Notes under the pieces: generated by a model
Told to the model about the DNA's origin: nothing
Databases searched by the model: none
Seen by the model: the letters and a program-made list of their open reading frames with translations, nothing else
Translations under genes and position numbers: made by a program
Shown here: piece after piece, positions 1 through 8,972 of the stretch
Position numbering within the stretch: position 1 is the stretch's first letter
How the letters are laid out: every line of letters begins with the position of its first letter
Assembly (NCBI GenBank): GCA_031459625.1
Contig: JAVKIH010000033.1
Span: 1-27,166, forward strand
Reading direction: 5' to 3'
Length of the DNA: 27,166 nucleotides
Origin: Candidatus Geohabitans tengchongensis
GTDB taxonomy: Bacteria; Sysuimicrobiota; Sysuimicrobiia; Sysuimicrobiales; Humicultoraceae

Positions 1-141
1 GAGGCCTACCAGGCTCAGGTCGTCGCCTTCCTCGACCCCGATGTGCTCGAGCTCTACGATCGCCCGGAGGCGTGGGAACGACTTCGAGCCCACGTCTTGC
101 AGGAGCTGACGACGTATGAGCGCCGCTCGCGCCTACGCTGA
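1..141 (+). CDS. 3' end of a CDS truncated by the window edge; possibly the AbiEii-type nucleotidyltransferase toxin partner of the next gene
   Basis: Frame 1 is open from base 1 (EAYQAQVVAFLDPDVLELYDRPEAWERLRAHVLQELTTYERRSRLR) to TGA at 139-141, overlapping the next ATG (116) by 26 nt. The product call comes from context only. Confidence 0.45.
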   Translation, partial: EAYQAQVVAFLDPDVLELYDRPEAWERLRAHVLQELTTYERRSRLR

Positions 142-757
142 GCTCCGCACCCTGCCCGCGCCGCTGGTCACCACCCGTGATGCGGCCGCCCGCCTGCGTC
201 TGTCGCTCTCCGCAGCCAGCCGCCTCCTGCGGCACCTGGCCGGGTTGGGGCTCGTGACGCGGATCCGACGGGGGCTCTGGGCGCTCACCGAGGTGTCCCC
301 GTATGCCGTCGTCCCGTACCTCACCGCACCATACCCTGCCTACGTGTCCCTCTGGACAGCGCTCTACGAGCACGGCATGATCGCCCAGGTTCCGCGGGTG
401 ATCTATGCCGCCTCCCTCGACCGATCGAAGCGGGTGGCCACCGCGCTGGGGATCTATCGGATCCACCACCTCGCCCCCAGACTCTTCGGTGGCTTCGACC
501 ACACGCCCCGAGGGCCCATCGCCCGGGCCCCCAAGGCCCTCTTCGATACGGTGTACATCGTGGGGACGTACGCGGGGCACAAGATGGGCCTGCCCGAAAT
601 CGAGATTCCCAGGGGATTCGACCGATCGGAGGTCGACGTCTGGGTGAATCGCATTGCATCGCCCAGACGGAGAATCTTCGTGGCACGGCGTCTGGACACG
701 ATCCTGAACCGCGCGCGCCCCACCGGTGCAGCCAGCGGTCGAAGACGGCGCGGCTAG
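116..757 (+). CDS. AbiEi-family type IV TA antitoxin / winged-helix transcriptional regulator
   Basis: N-terminal wHTH-like segment (VTTRDAAARL...LRHLAGLGLVTRIRRGLW) followed by YVSLWTALYEHGMIAQVP and A.PKALFD, which resemble AbiEi conserved blocks. Confidence 0.75.
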   Translation: MSAARAYAELRTLPAPLVTTRDAAARLRLSLSAASRLLRHLAGLGLVTRIRRGLWALTEVSPYAVVPYLTAPYPAYVSLWTALYEHGMIAQVPRVIYAASLDRSKRVATALGIYRIHHLAPRLFGGFDHTPRGPIARAPKALFDTVYIVGTYAGHKMGLPEIEIPRGFDRSEVDVWVNRIASPRRRIFVARRLDTILNRARPTGAASGRRRRG

Positions 758-767
758 TGCGCGGCGC

Positions 768-1799
768 TCACCCGACGCGCAGCACGACCTTCCCGAAGTG
801 CGCCGAGGCCTCCAGGAGGCGGTGGGCCTCGGCGGCCTGCTCCAGGGGCAGGACGGCGTGGACGACGGGGCGCAGGCGGCCGCGCTCCACGAGCGCCATC
901 ACCTGGCGCATCTCCGCCTTCGTCCCCATCCAGGTGCCGTGGATGCTGAGGCGACGGCCGAAGATGTAGCGGATGTCGGTGGGCGCCACCGGACCCGTGG
1001 TGGCGCCGCAGACGGCCAGGCGCCCGCCGTGGGCCAGCGCCTTGAGGCTGGTCTCCCAGGTGGCGGCGCCCACGTGGTCGACGACCACGTCCACCCCGCG
1101 CCGGCCAGTGGCCTGGCGCACCGCCTCCAGCACGTCCTGCTCGCGGTGGTCGATGACCACCTCGGCGCCCAGCTGCCGCGCCCGCTCCAGCTTCCAGGCC
1201 GTCCCCGCCGTGGCCAGCACCCGCGCCTCGAAGACGCGGGCGATCTGGATGGCCGCGCTGCCGACGCCGCTGCCGGCGCCCCAGACCAACACCGTCTCCC
1301 CGAAGCGCAGCCGGGCGTTGGTCACGAGCATATTCCAGGCGGTGAGCATGACGAGCGGCAGCGCCGCCGCCTCCTCGAACGTGAGCGCCGCCGGCTTGCG
1401 CAAGAGGTTCTCCTGGGGGACGACGACGTATTCGGCGTAGCCCCCGGGGACGTGCTCCCCCAGGATGGCGTACTCCCGGCACAGGTTGTCCTGCCCGGCG
1501 GTGCAGGCCGGGCAGTGGCCGCAGGAGACGCCGGGGTGGACCATCACCGCATCGCCGGGCGTCCACCCCTCCACCCCCGGACCCACCGCCGCCACCTCGC
1601 CGGCGACATCCGCCCCCAGGAGGTGCGGGAAGCGCAGGCGCAGCCGCGGCAGGCCCTTCCGCACCCACAGGTCGATGTGGTTGAGCGCCACGGCGCGCAC
1701 GCGGACGAGGACCTGGCCGGGGCCGGGTTCGGGGGTGGGCCACTCGGCGGGCTGCAGGACCTCCGGGCCGCCGTGTTCGCGGATCTCGACGACTTTCAG
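768..1799 (-). CDS. Zinc-containing MDR-family alcohol dehydrogenase / NADPH:quinone oxidoreductase-like protein
   Basis: KVVEIREHGGPEVL N-terminus, ALNHIDLW, CGHCPAC...C Zn loop, GAGSGVG Rossmann motif, HFGKVVL C-terminus. The probable start is CTG at 1799, overlapping the aroE stop. Confidence 0.9.
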   Translation of the reverse strand: MKVVEIREHGGPEVLQPAEWPTPEPGPGQVLVRVRAVALNHIDLWVRKGLPRLRLRFPHLLGADVAGEVAAVGPGVEGWTPGDAVMVHPGVSCGHCPACTAGQDNLCREYAILGEHVPGGYAEYVVVPQENLLRKPAALTFEEAAALPLVMLTAWNMLVTNARLRFGETVLVWGAGSGVGSAAIQIARVFEARVLATAGTAWKLERARQLGAEVVIDHREQDVLEAVRQATGRRGVDVVVDHVGAATWETSLKALAHGGRLAVCGATTGPVAPTDIRYIFGRRLSIHGTWMGTKAEMRQVMALVERGRLRPVVHAVLPLEQAAEAHRLLEASAHFGKVVLRVG

Positions 1800-3094
1800 C
1801 GCCCTCCCCCCTCTCGGGGCTCCGCCGCCCACCCTGCCGCCATCGCCTGCGCCACGGGTGCCCGCGCGGCCTCCGGGGAGACGGGCAGCACCGGCGCGAC
1901 CAGGCGCAGGAAGGCGTGGACGGCCTGCCCCACCAGCATCTCCCTCCCCGGGACGGTCCGCAGCCCGGCCCAGCGGGCGTGCCTGAGCAGGACCGTCTCC
2001 TCGGGGACGTAGACCAGATCCCAGACGGTGCACCCGGCGGGCAGGGCGAGGGTCCGCCGCAGGGCGCGCTCCAGGTCGCCGACGACGGCGGGCCATGCGG
2101 CGGCCCACCAGGCCGGAGGTGGTGCCGGACCGGGTGGCGTGGGGTGAACGCTGTCGTCGTGGCCGCCGGGGTACGGCGGAGGGTCGGCCGGGGCCAGGGG
2201 GCTGAAGGGCTCGAGCCAGGCCACGCCACCCGCGACAGGCACCGGGCCGGCCATGCCGACCGGCGTGGCATTCACCACCAGGTCGATCTGCGAGAGGATC
2301 CCATCCAGGTCGTCGAGGGCCACCACCCGCGTCTCGACGGGTTGGCCGGCCCCGGCAAGGGCGTGGCCCGTTCCGATCAGGGGGTGGCCGGCCGCAGCAA
2401 GGGGGTGATCCGTCCCGGCGCGAGGGTCCCCCGTCCCGGCGGAGGGGTGCCCCGCGCCGGTCAGCATCCGGGCGGCCTCCTGAGGCCGGCGGGCCGCGAC
2501 GATCACCTCGGTCATCGAGCGAGGCGTCGTGGCCAGCGCGAGGAGCACGGCGCGCGCCGCCCCTCCGCTGCCCAGCAGGAGGACCCGGCGCGTGTCCAGG
2601 CGCGCCACGATGTCGCGCGCCGCCGCCACGTCCGTGTTGGCCCCCCACAGCGTCCCATCGGGGGTCCGCCCCACCGTGTTCACCGCGCCGGCCCCGCGGG
2701 CGTCGGCGTCGAGCGTGTCGAGATGCGGCACCACCGCCCCCTTGTGCGGGACCGTCACGTTCAGCCCCAGGAGCCCGGTGGCCTGGCGGCAGGCCGCCAG
2801 GAAAGCGCCCAGCCGCTCCGGGGGGACGTCGAAGGCCAGGTAGACGGCCGGGAGGCGGAGCGCCGCGAAGGCGGCGTTCCACAGGCGCGGGCTGGCGGAA
2901 TAGGTGGAGGGGCGGTCGCCCACCACCCCGGCCACCCAGCGCCGGCCCACGACCGGCAGCGGGTTGGCGACGTGGGGACGCAGGGGTTCCAGGGGGTCGG
3001 CAGGGAGCGCGGCGGGATCCCAGGCAGGGAGCGCGGCGGGGTCCCGCGTGGCGGTGCTCGAGCGCGTGGCCGGCGAGGGATCGGGACTGGCCAC
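1796..3094 (-). CDS. aroE: Shikimate dehydrogenase-family protein with low-complexity insertions
   Basis: SPRLWNAAF, GLNVTVPHK, GAVNT, GANTD, LLGSGGAARA, VNATPVGM, DLVYVP, GREMLVGQA motifs. Confidence 0.85.
   Translation of the reverse strand: MASPDPSPATRSSTATRDPAALPAWDPAALPADPLEPLRPHVANPLPVVGRRWVAGVVGDRPSTYSASPRLWNAAFAALRLPAVYLAFDVPPERLGAFLAACRQATGLLGLNVTVPHKGAVVPHLDTLDADARGAGAVNTVGRTPDGTLWGANTDVAAARDIVARLDTRRVLLLGSGGAARAVLLALATTPRSMTEVIVAARRPQEAARMLTGAGHPSAGTGDPRAGTDHPLAAAGHPLIGTGHALAGAGQPVETRVVALDDLDGILSQIDLVVNATPVGMAGPVPVAGGVAWLEPFSPLAPADPPPYPGGHDDSVHPTPPGPAPPPAWWAAAWPAVVGDLERALRRTLALPAGCTVWDLVYVPEETVLLRHARWAGLRTVPGREMLVGQAVHAFLRLVAPVLPVSPEAARAPVAQAMAAGWAAEPREGGGR
2340..2460. repeat. About six degenerate 21-nt in-frame tandem units inside aroE
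   Basis: Encodes GHPSAGT-GDPRAGT-DHPLAAA-GHPLIGT-GHALAGA-GQP. Confidence 0.75.
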
Positions 3095-3096
3095 GG

Positions 3097-3948
3097 TCAG
3101 GGCTCCGGCGCCTCCCCGCCCAGGCGCAGCCGGGTGGGGCCGTCAGCCACGACCCGGCGCTCCCCATAGTAGATCGTCACCCGCGGGCTCCACAGCTCCC
3201 GCGTCCCCTGCCGCACATACACGTCACCCGCGAGTACGGCGACGCGCTCGCGAGCCCGCAGGTGCAGGACCTGGCCGCGCGCGGTGATCCCGTTGAACTG
3301 TGCCACCACCCCGCCGCTCAGGGTGGCCTCCTCCACGCCCTCGCGCCCCTCCAGGCGCGCGCCCGTGACGACGCCCTGGGCGGTGGCCAGCCGCACCGGA
3401 CCTTCCAGGACCAGGCGGCCGCTACCGTGCGCGTACGCGAGTGCCGACCCCGTGGCCACGAGGTCGGGAGGCGAGGTGACCCGCACGCCGCCGGAGGCGG
3501 TCAGGGCCTCGCCGCCCGGGACCAGCGTGATCGTCTCGGCGCGCACCGTCCCCCGGCGCAGGCCGAGCGCGGCCGCCCCGCGGGCCACGATGCGGGTGAG
3601 CCGGGCGGCGGTGAAGTGCGCCTCCACCTCGCGGGCGCTGAGCGTCCCCCCGGGGCTGCGCACGCGGGCCGGCGAGCCGGTGAGCTGCGCCCGTCCCCGC
3701 GCCCGGTCGAGCACGATGCGGTCTCCCTGCGCCTCCGTGGTGCCGTCGGAGAGGCGCACCCCGCCCTCTCCCACCACGAGACCGGTGGCCTCGTCGCTGG
3801 TGATCGTCCCCTGCACGGTGATGGTGAGCGCCGGACCCGGCGACGGTGCGGCGGCGCCCGGAGGCGGGAGGCGGGCGGGGAGCAGGAGGGCGGGGAGCAG
3901 AAGGGCAAGGGCGGGAGCGAGGACGCGGGCCAGGAGCGCGACCACCAC
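3097..3948 (-). CDS. LptA/OstA-like beta-jellyroll periplasmic protein
   Basis: Hydrophobic signal-like N-terminus followed by repeated A.G.V..., A..L.Y, LAGDVYVRQG strands typical of OstA domains. Start is uncertain (GTG 3948, or CTG 3999 overlapping the ALDH stop). Confidence 0.7.
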   Translation of the reverse strand: MVVALLARVLAPALALLLPALLLPARLPPPGAAAPSPGPALTITVQGTITSDEATGLVVGEGGVRLSDGTTEAQGDRIVLDRARGRAQLTGSPARVRSPGGTLSAREVEAHFTAARLTRIVARGAAALGLRRGTVRAETITLVPGGEALTASGGVRVTSPPDLVATGSALAYAHGSGRLVLEGPVRLATAQGVVTGARLEGREGVEEATLSGGVVAQFNGITARGQVLHLRARERVAVLAGDVYVRQGTRELWSPRVTIYYGERRVVADGPTRLRLGGEAPEP

Positions 3949-3995
3949 AGGCAGCGTCGCGCGCCCCGGGAGACGCCGGTCGGGGAGGATGGCGC

Positions 3996-5489
3996 TCAGT
4001 CCTTGTCGATCTGGGCCCGCTGCAGCCGGCCGCTGTAGTCGATATAGACCGCCTTCCACTCGCTGAAGACGTCCAGCACCTGCAGGCCGCCCTCGCGGTG
4101 CCCGTTGCCCGTGTCCTTGGTCCCGCCGAAGGGGAGGTGCACCTCGGCGCCGATGGTCCCGTGGTTCACGTAGACGATGCCGGTGTCGATCTCGTCGATC
4201 GCCCGCATGGCCGTGTTCACGTCCCGGGTGAAGATCGACGCGGACAGGCCGTAGCGCACCCCGTTCAGGATGGCGATGGCCTCCTCCAGCGAGGCGGCCT
4301 CGATGAGGTCGGTGACCGGGCCGAAGATCTCCTCCTGGGCGATGCGCATCTCAGGGCGCACCTGGTCGAAGATGGTCGGCGCGTAGAAATGCCCACGGGC
4401 GAGGGCGCCGTCGGTCACCCGGCGGCCGCCGGTCAGCAGGCGGGCCCCTTCCTGCCGGCCGAGCTCCACGTACCGGTGCACCCGCTCCAGCTGCGCGGCG
4501 CTCACCAGCGGCCCCACGTCGGTGTCGGGGGCCAGCCCGTCCCCCAGGCGCAGCGCCTCCGCCCGCGCCACGAGCCGCTCGGTCAGCGCCTCCCGGACCT
4601 CGCGGTGGACGATGATGCGCGAGCAGGCGGTGCAACGCTGCCCGGTCGTGCCGAAGGCGCTCCAGATCAGCGCGTCGGTGGCCAGCCCCAGGTCGGCGTC
4701 GGGCAGTACGATGGCGGCGTTCTTGCCGCCCATCTCCAGGGAGAGGCGCTTGCCGAGCCGCCCGCACTTCTCCGCCAGGCGTAGCCCCGTCTCCGTGGAG
4801 CCGGTGAAGGAGACCACCCGCACCTGCGGGTGCTCCACCAGAGCGTCCCCGGCCGCCTCCCCCGGCCCGGTAACGACGTTGAGGACGCCGGGGGGCAGCC
4901 CCGCCTCGGCGAAGAGCTCGACGAACTTCAGGCCCAAAAGCGGCGTGTAGGAGGCCGGCTTGAAGACCACCGTGTTGCCGCACACCAGTGCCGGGACGAT
5001 CTTCCAGGAGGGGATGGCCATGGGGAAGTTCCACGGGGTGATGACCGCCACCACCCCGAGCGGCGCCCGCACGCAGTAGGCGGCCTTGTGCGGCATCTCG
5101 CTGGGGGTGGTGTAGCCGTGCAGGCGGCGCCCCTCGCCGGCGATGAAGTAGGTCATGTCGATGGCTTCCTGGACGTCCCCGCGCGCCTCGGTGAGGACCT
5201 TGCCCATCTCCCGGGTCATCAGGCGGGCCAGCTCCTCCTTGCGTCGTACCAGCAGCTCGGCCACCCGGAAGAGGATCTCGGCGCGCCGCGGCGCCGGGGT
5301 GCGCCGCCAGGCCGGGTAGGCGCGGGCGGCCGCCTCCACCGCGTCCGCCACGTCCTCAGGGCCCGAACGCGGGACCACCCCCAGGACCTCGCCGGTGGCC
5401 GGGTTGCGCACCTCGGTGGTCGCCCCCGAGCGCGCCGGGACCCAGCGCCCGCCGATGTAGTTGCCGTAGACTCCCACCTCGACCGCCAT
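3996..5489 (-). CDS. NAD(P)-dependent aldehyde dehydrogenase
   Basis: [29 protein letters not shown] (catalytic Cys), [17 protein letters not shown] at 5489 is preceded by GGGGGTGG. Confidence 0.95.
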   Translation of the reverse strand: MAVEVGVYGNYIGGRWVPARSGATTEVRNPATGEVLGVVPRSGPEDVADAVEAAARAYPAWRRTPAPRRAEILFRVAELLVRRKEELARLMTREMGKVLTEARGDVQEAIDMTYFIAGEGRRLHGYTTPSEMPHKAAYCVRAPLGVVAVITPWNFPMAIPSWKIVPALVCGNTVVFKPASYTPLLGLKFVELFAEAGLPPGVLNVVTGPGEAAGDALVEHPQVRVVSFTGSTETGLRLAEKCGRLGKRLSLEMGGKNAAIVLPDADLGLATDALIWSAFGTTGQRCTACSRIIVHREVREALTERLVARAEALRLGDGLAPDTDVGPLVSAAQLERVHRYVELGRQEGARLLTGGRRVTDGALARGHFYAPTIFDQVRPEMRIAQEEIFGPVTDLIEAASLEEAIAILNGVRYGLSASIFTRDVNTAMRAIDEIDTGIVYVNHGTIGAEVHLPFGGTKDTGNGHREGGLQVLDVFSEWKAVYIDYSGRLQRAQIDKD

Positions 5490-5521
5490 GCTTTCCACCC
5501 CCCACGCCGCCGTGCCCCGTG

Positions 5522-6631
5522 TCAGGCGACGCGCGCCGGGAGGCGCTCGGCCAGCCGGGCGGCCACCTGGCGGAAGGCCTGTGCCGCCGGGCCGTCCGGC
5601 GCCGCCAGCACGAGCGGCGTCCCCCGGTCCCCGGCCTCGCGGATGGCCGGATCGAGGGGGATCTGCGCCAGCAGCGGCACCTCCAGCAGGTCGGCCAGCT
5701 GCTGCCCGCCCCCGCTGCCGAAGATCTCCACCGGCGGCGCCCCCGGGGCGGGGACGAACCCCGCCATGTTCTCGATGACCCCCAGCACCGCCATGTTCAC
5801 CTTGGCCGCCATCTTCGCCGCGCGCTGCGCCACCTCGACGGCGGCCGGCTGGGGCGTGGTGACGATGAGCATGTGGCTGCGGGGCAGGATCTGGGCGATG
5901 CTGATGGCCACGTCCCCCGTCCCCGGCGGCAGGTCGATGAGCAGGTAGGCCAGGTCGTCGCCCCAGTGGACCTCCTGGATGAAGGTCTGCAGCGCCTTGT
6001 GCAGCATCGGGCCGCGCCAGATCACCGCGTCGTCGGCGTTGGGGAGCATGAAGCCGATGGAGATGACGCGGATGCCGTCGCGCTCCAGCGGGATGATCAC
6101 CTGGTCGATGACGGTGGGGCGTCCGGTCACCCCGAGCATGCGCGGGATGGAGAAGCCGTAGACGTCGGCGTCGATCACCCCCACCGTGAAGCCGGCCAGG
6201 CGCAGCGCCGCCGCCAGGTTCACGGTGACGGTGGACTTGCCCACCCCGCCCTTGCCGCTGGCCACGGCGATCACCTGGGTGGGGCTGTCCGGGGTGAGGA
6301 AGGCCGGCCGCCGCCCGCCCGCCTCCGGCCCGCCGCGCAGCTTACCGATGAGAGCCTGGCGCTCCTCCGGGGTCATCACCCCCAGGGAGACCTCCACCTC
6401 ACGCACGCCCGGGAGCGCCTGGAGGCGCGAGCGGATGCGCTCGACGATGGTCTCGCGCAGGGGACAGGCGCCGATGGTCAGGACGGCCGAGACCTCCACC
6501 CGGCCGTCGCGCACCCGCACGTCCCGTACCATGTCCAGGTCGACGATGGACCTGTGGAGCTCGGGGTCCTCGACGTCGCGCAGCGCCGCCAGGACCTGGC
6601 CGCGGTCGATGGCCTGCGGTGACCGGAACAT
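5522..6631 (-). CDS. mrp: Mrp/NBP35 (ApbC) Fe-S carrier ATPase with an N-terminal FeS_assembly_P (DUF59) domain
   Basis: V.DPELHRSIVDL and LTIGACPL in the N-domain; SGKGGVGKST, DADVYG, WRGPM, DLPPGTGD, VIENM. RBS AGGAGG at 6635-6640. Confidence 0.93.
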   Translation of the reverse strand: MFRSPQAIDRGQVLAALRDVEDPELHRSIVDLDMVRDVRVRDGRVEVSAVLTIGACPLRETIVERIRSRLQALPGVREVEVSLGVMTPEERQALIGKLRGGPEAGGRRPAFLTPDSPTQVIAVASGKGGVGKSTVTVNLAAALRLAGFTVGVIDADVYGFSIPRMLGVTGRPTVIDQVIIPLERDGIRVISIGFMLPNADDAVIWRGPMLHKALQTFIQEVHWGDDLAYLLIDLPPGTGDVAISIAQILPRSHMLIVTTPQPAAVEVAQRAAKMAAKVNMAVLGVIENMAGFVPAPGAPPVEIFGSGGGQQLADLLEVPLLAQIPLDPAIREAGDRGTPLVLAAPDGPAAQAFRQVAARLAERLPARVA

Positions 6632-6663
6632 CGTCCTCCTCGGCGGTGATGGCGTCCAGGCTC

Positions 6664-6672
6664 AGTCTAGCA
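6664..6672 (-). promoter_or_regulatory. Putative extended -10 promoter (TGcTAGACT) for mrp
   Basis: The minus strand reads TGCTAGACT in the 51-nt gap, about 24 nt upstream of the AGGAGG RBS. Confidence 0.5.
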
Positions 6673-6682
6673 CAGGACCCGC

Positions 6683-7012
6683 TCAGCCCTGGCGCCTCGC
6701 ACCCCTGGCGCCACAGGCCTCGCACTCGCACAGCACCTCCCGCAGCAACGGGAACGGGTAGATGCCGGTCCGGTGGCCGTCCGGCCAGACGAAGCGCAGG
6801 GCGTAGGCGCCGACGCGCTCCACCTGCATCGGCCGCAGCGTGGGCAGCGGGTCGGGCAGCGGCCGGGGAGGATGGCCCCCGCGCTGGACGCAGACGGCGC
6901 AGGGGCAGTTGGCCCGCAACGCCCCCCACCGGTAGGTGGAGCGGTGGCCGTCGGACCAGACGATGGTGAGCTCCGGGGCGGTGATGCTGCCGACGTCGAC
7001 CGGCGTGACCAT
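6683..7012 (-). CDS. DUF971 / GBBH-like N-terminal domain protein
   Basis: LTIVWSDGHRSTY, LRANCPCAVC, VGAYALRFVWPDGHRTGIY. ATG at 7012 lies 1 nt after the DUF2207 stop. Confidence 0.88.
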   Translation of the reverse strand: MVTPVDVGSITAPELTIVWSDGHRSTYRWGALRANCPCAVCVQRGGHPPRPLPDPLPTLRPMQVERVGAYALRFVWPDGHRTGIYPFPLLREVLCECEACGARGARRQG

Positions 7013-7013
7013 C

Positions 7014-8972
7014 CTAGCCGGCACGGCTGCTCCCTCCACCCCCGCCGCCTCCGCCGCCGCTGCTGAAGCCACCCCCGCTGCGCGTGGACGAGGAGAGGGC
7101 GCGCGAGAGGCTCTGGAAGTTCTGGAAGGAGCGCGCCAGACGGGTGAGCGACGCGAGACCGTCCGCGCGCACGCCGCCCCGGCCGGGCCCGCCGCCGGCG
7201 TGGTACCAGCGCGGCCCGCCCACGGCCTGGCCCGTCTCCCGGGCGACGAGCGTCAGCGACCGCAGGAACTCCTCGGCCACCCCCAGCGCCGCGGCGTAGA
7301 CCAGGTAGCGCTCCCACAGCGGGAGGACCTGGGCGCTCGCCTCCTTCAGCATCGAGAAGTCCGTGAGGAAGCGGCGGAAGGCGCCCCAGCGGCGGACCTC
7401 CAGCGCGGCTTCCGGGGTGCGGCGGGAAAGGGTGACGGCCGCCAGCACGCCCACCACGATGCCGACGGGCAGCGCGAAGACCGCGGAGAGCCCGAAGCCG
7501 ACCGGGACGGCGACCACGGTGACCACCACGGTGGCCACCAGGATGGCCAGGCGGGCACGCTCGCTCGTGCGGTCGTCCAGACGGAAGAAGCGCTGCTCGA
7601 ACCAGCGCCGCAGCCCCGGCCCCCATCGCTCCACGAAGTGCAGGAAGTTGCTCCTCGGCCCGCTCATCCGCCGGCCCCACGCCTCGATCTGCTCGTCGGT
7701 GGCGGTCTGCCCGGTGCCGGCCCGCTGGAACACCACCCGCAGCACCTCCACCTCGAAGGGCTCGAGCTCCCGCTCGCGGTCGCGGCTCCGGCGGCCGTCG
7801 TGCGCGCGCGCGCCGCCGCGCTCCGGCGTGTCGCCGCGCCGCTCCCCGGGCCCCGCCGGGCGGTCGTCCAGCAGCGCCTGCCCCCGCGGGGTGAGGCGGT
7901 AGGTCAGGTCCGTGTCGCGGAAGAGGCCCGTCCCCAGGAACCCCTCGTCCTGCCGCTCGTCGATCTCCAGGTAGCCGAGCCGCGCCGCCTCCAGCAGCGT
8001 GGCGGCGAAGGCGTGCGGCAGGAGGCGGCGGTCCACGCCGCGCTGCGGCAGGATGGCCGGGACCACGGCGGGGGGCAGGTCGCGGGGCGGCTCCCGCTCG
8101 TAGTCGGCGTCGTAGGGCACCCGGGGCTCGCGTCCGTACCGCAGGTAGGTCCACAGGTAGGCGGCCACCAGCCCGAGCATCAGCAGCGCGGAGAGGACCA
8201 GCCCGCCCACCACCACCCGGCGGACCAGCACCTCCCTGCGCGCCTGCCGCCGTTCGTCGGCCAGCAGGGTCTCGTAGGTCTCGCCGCGGCGCAGCGGGGC
8301 CTGGGCGAAGAGGGCCGGGTCGAGCAGCACGCGCACCTCGACGAAGCTCGTCGCGGGGATGGCCTCCTGCGTCACCACGGCACGGCTGCCGTCCGGAGCG
8401 ATCTCCAGCGTCCCGGGCGCGGCGCGGCTGTGGACGAAGACCTTGAAGCGCGCGGGGCTGGGGCGCGGCGGGATGACGGTGATGTGGACCCGCCCGATGG
8501 GCGCGTGGTCGTCCTCGATGGCCTTCCAGTAGAACTGGGCCACGTCGGGGTAGCGCTGGACGGCGCCGCGGATGCGGTAGCGCAGGCGGAAGCGGCGGGT
8601 GGTGTCCCGCGCCTGGTAGGACCAGCGCAGGACGCGCTCCGGGCCGGCGCGGCTCCGCTCCATGGGGAGGGGCTGGCCCGTGTCGCCGTCGGTGACGGAG
8701 AGGTACTCGATGTCGTAGGTGCCGTACTGCCCGGTGGTACGCAGGCGCAGCTCGGCCCAGGTGAAGGACCCGCGGAAGCGGAAGGCGCGCACGTCCTCGA
8801 CCAGGGCGTCGCCGGTGGGGAGCAGGGTGAAGACCTGGCGGATCTCCGGGTGATCGTAGGACTTGGCCTGGGCGCCGACGGACGGGGCGAGGGCGAGCGG
8901 CAGGATGCCGGGCGGTCCGATGCCAGGCAGCAGGACGCCAGGCAGCAGGAGGACCAGGAGCAGCGTCCTCAT
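7014..8972 (-). CDS. DUF2207-family membrane protein
   Basis: Signal-like N-terminus, extracytoplasmic domain, YEREPP..LPPA, TM helices, W.AFRRFL.DFS, WERYLVYAAALGV, and a Gly/Ser-rich tail. Confidence 0.88.
   Translation of the reverse strand: MRTLLLVLLLPGVLLPGIGPPGILPLALAPSVGAQAKSYDHPEIRQVFTLLPTGDALVEDVRAFRFRGSFTWAELRLRTTGQYGTYDIEYLSVTDGDTGQPLPMERSRAGPERVLRWSYQARDTTRRFRLRYRIRGAVQRYPDVAQFYWKAIEDDHAPIGRVHITVIPPRPSPARFKVFVHSRAAPGTLEIAPDGSRAVVTQEAIPATSFVEVRVLLDPALFAQAPLRRGETYETLLADERRQARREVLVRRVVVGGLVLSALLMLGLVAAYLWTYLRYGREPRVPYDADYEREPPRDLPPAVVPAILPQRGVDRRLLPHAFAATLLEAARLGYLEIDERQDEGFLGTGLFRDTDLTYRLTPRGQALLDDRPAGPGERRGDTPERGGARAHDGRRSRDRERELEPFEVEVLRVVFQRAGTGQTATDEQIEAWGRRMSGPRSNFLHFVERWGPGLRRWFEQRFFRLDDRTSERARLAILVATVVVTVVAVPVGFGLSAVFALPVGIVVGVLAAVTLSRRTPEAALEVRRWGAFRRFLTDFSMLKEASAQVLPLWERYLVYAAALGVAEEFLRSLTLVARETGQAVGGPRWYHAGGGPGRGGVRADGLASLTRLARSFQNFQSLSRALSSSTRSGGGFSSGGGGGGGGGSSRAG

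Noticed and set aside
768..3167. 799-aa ORF suggesting a long fused oxidoreductase
   Set aside because: The N-terminal ~455 residues are an alternative frame over aroE. Family similarity starts only at 1799.
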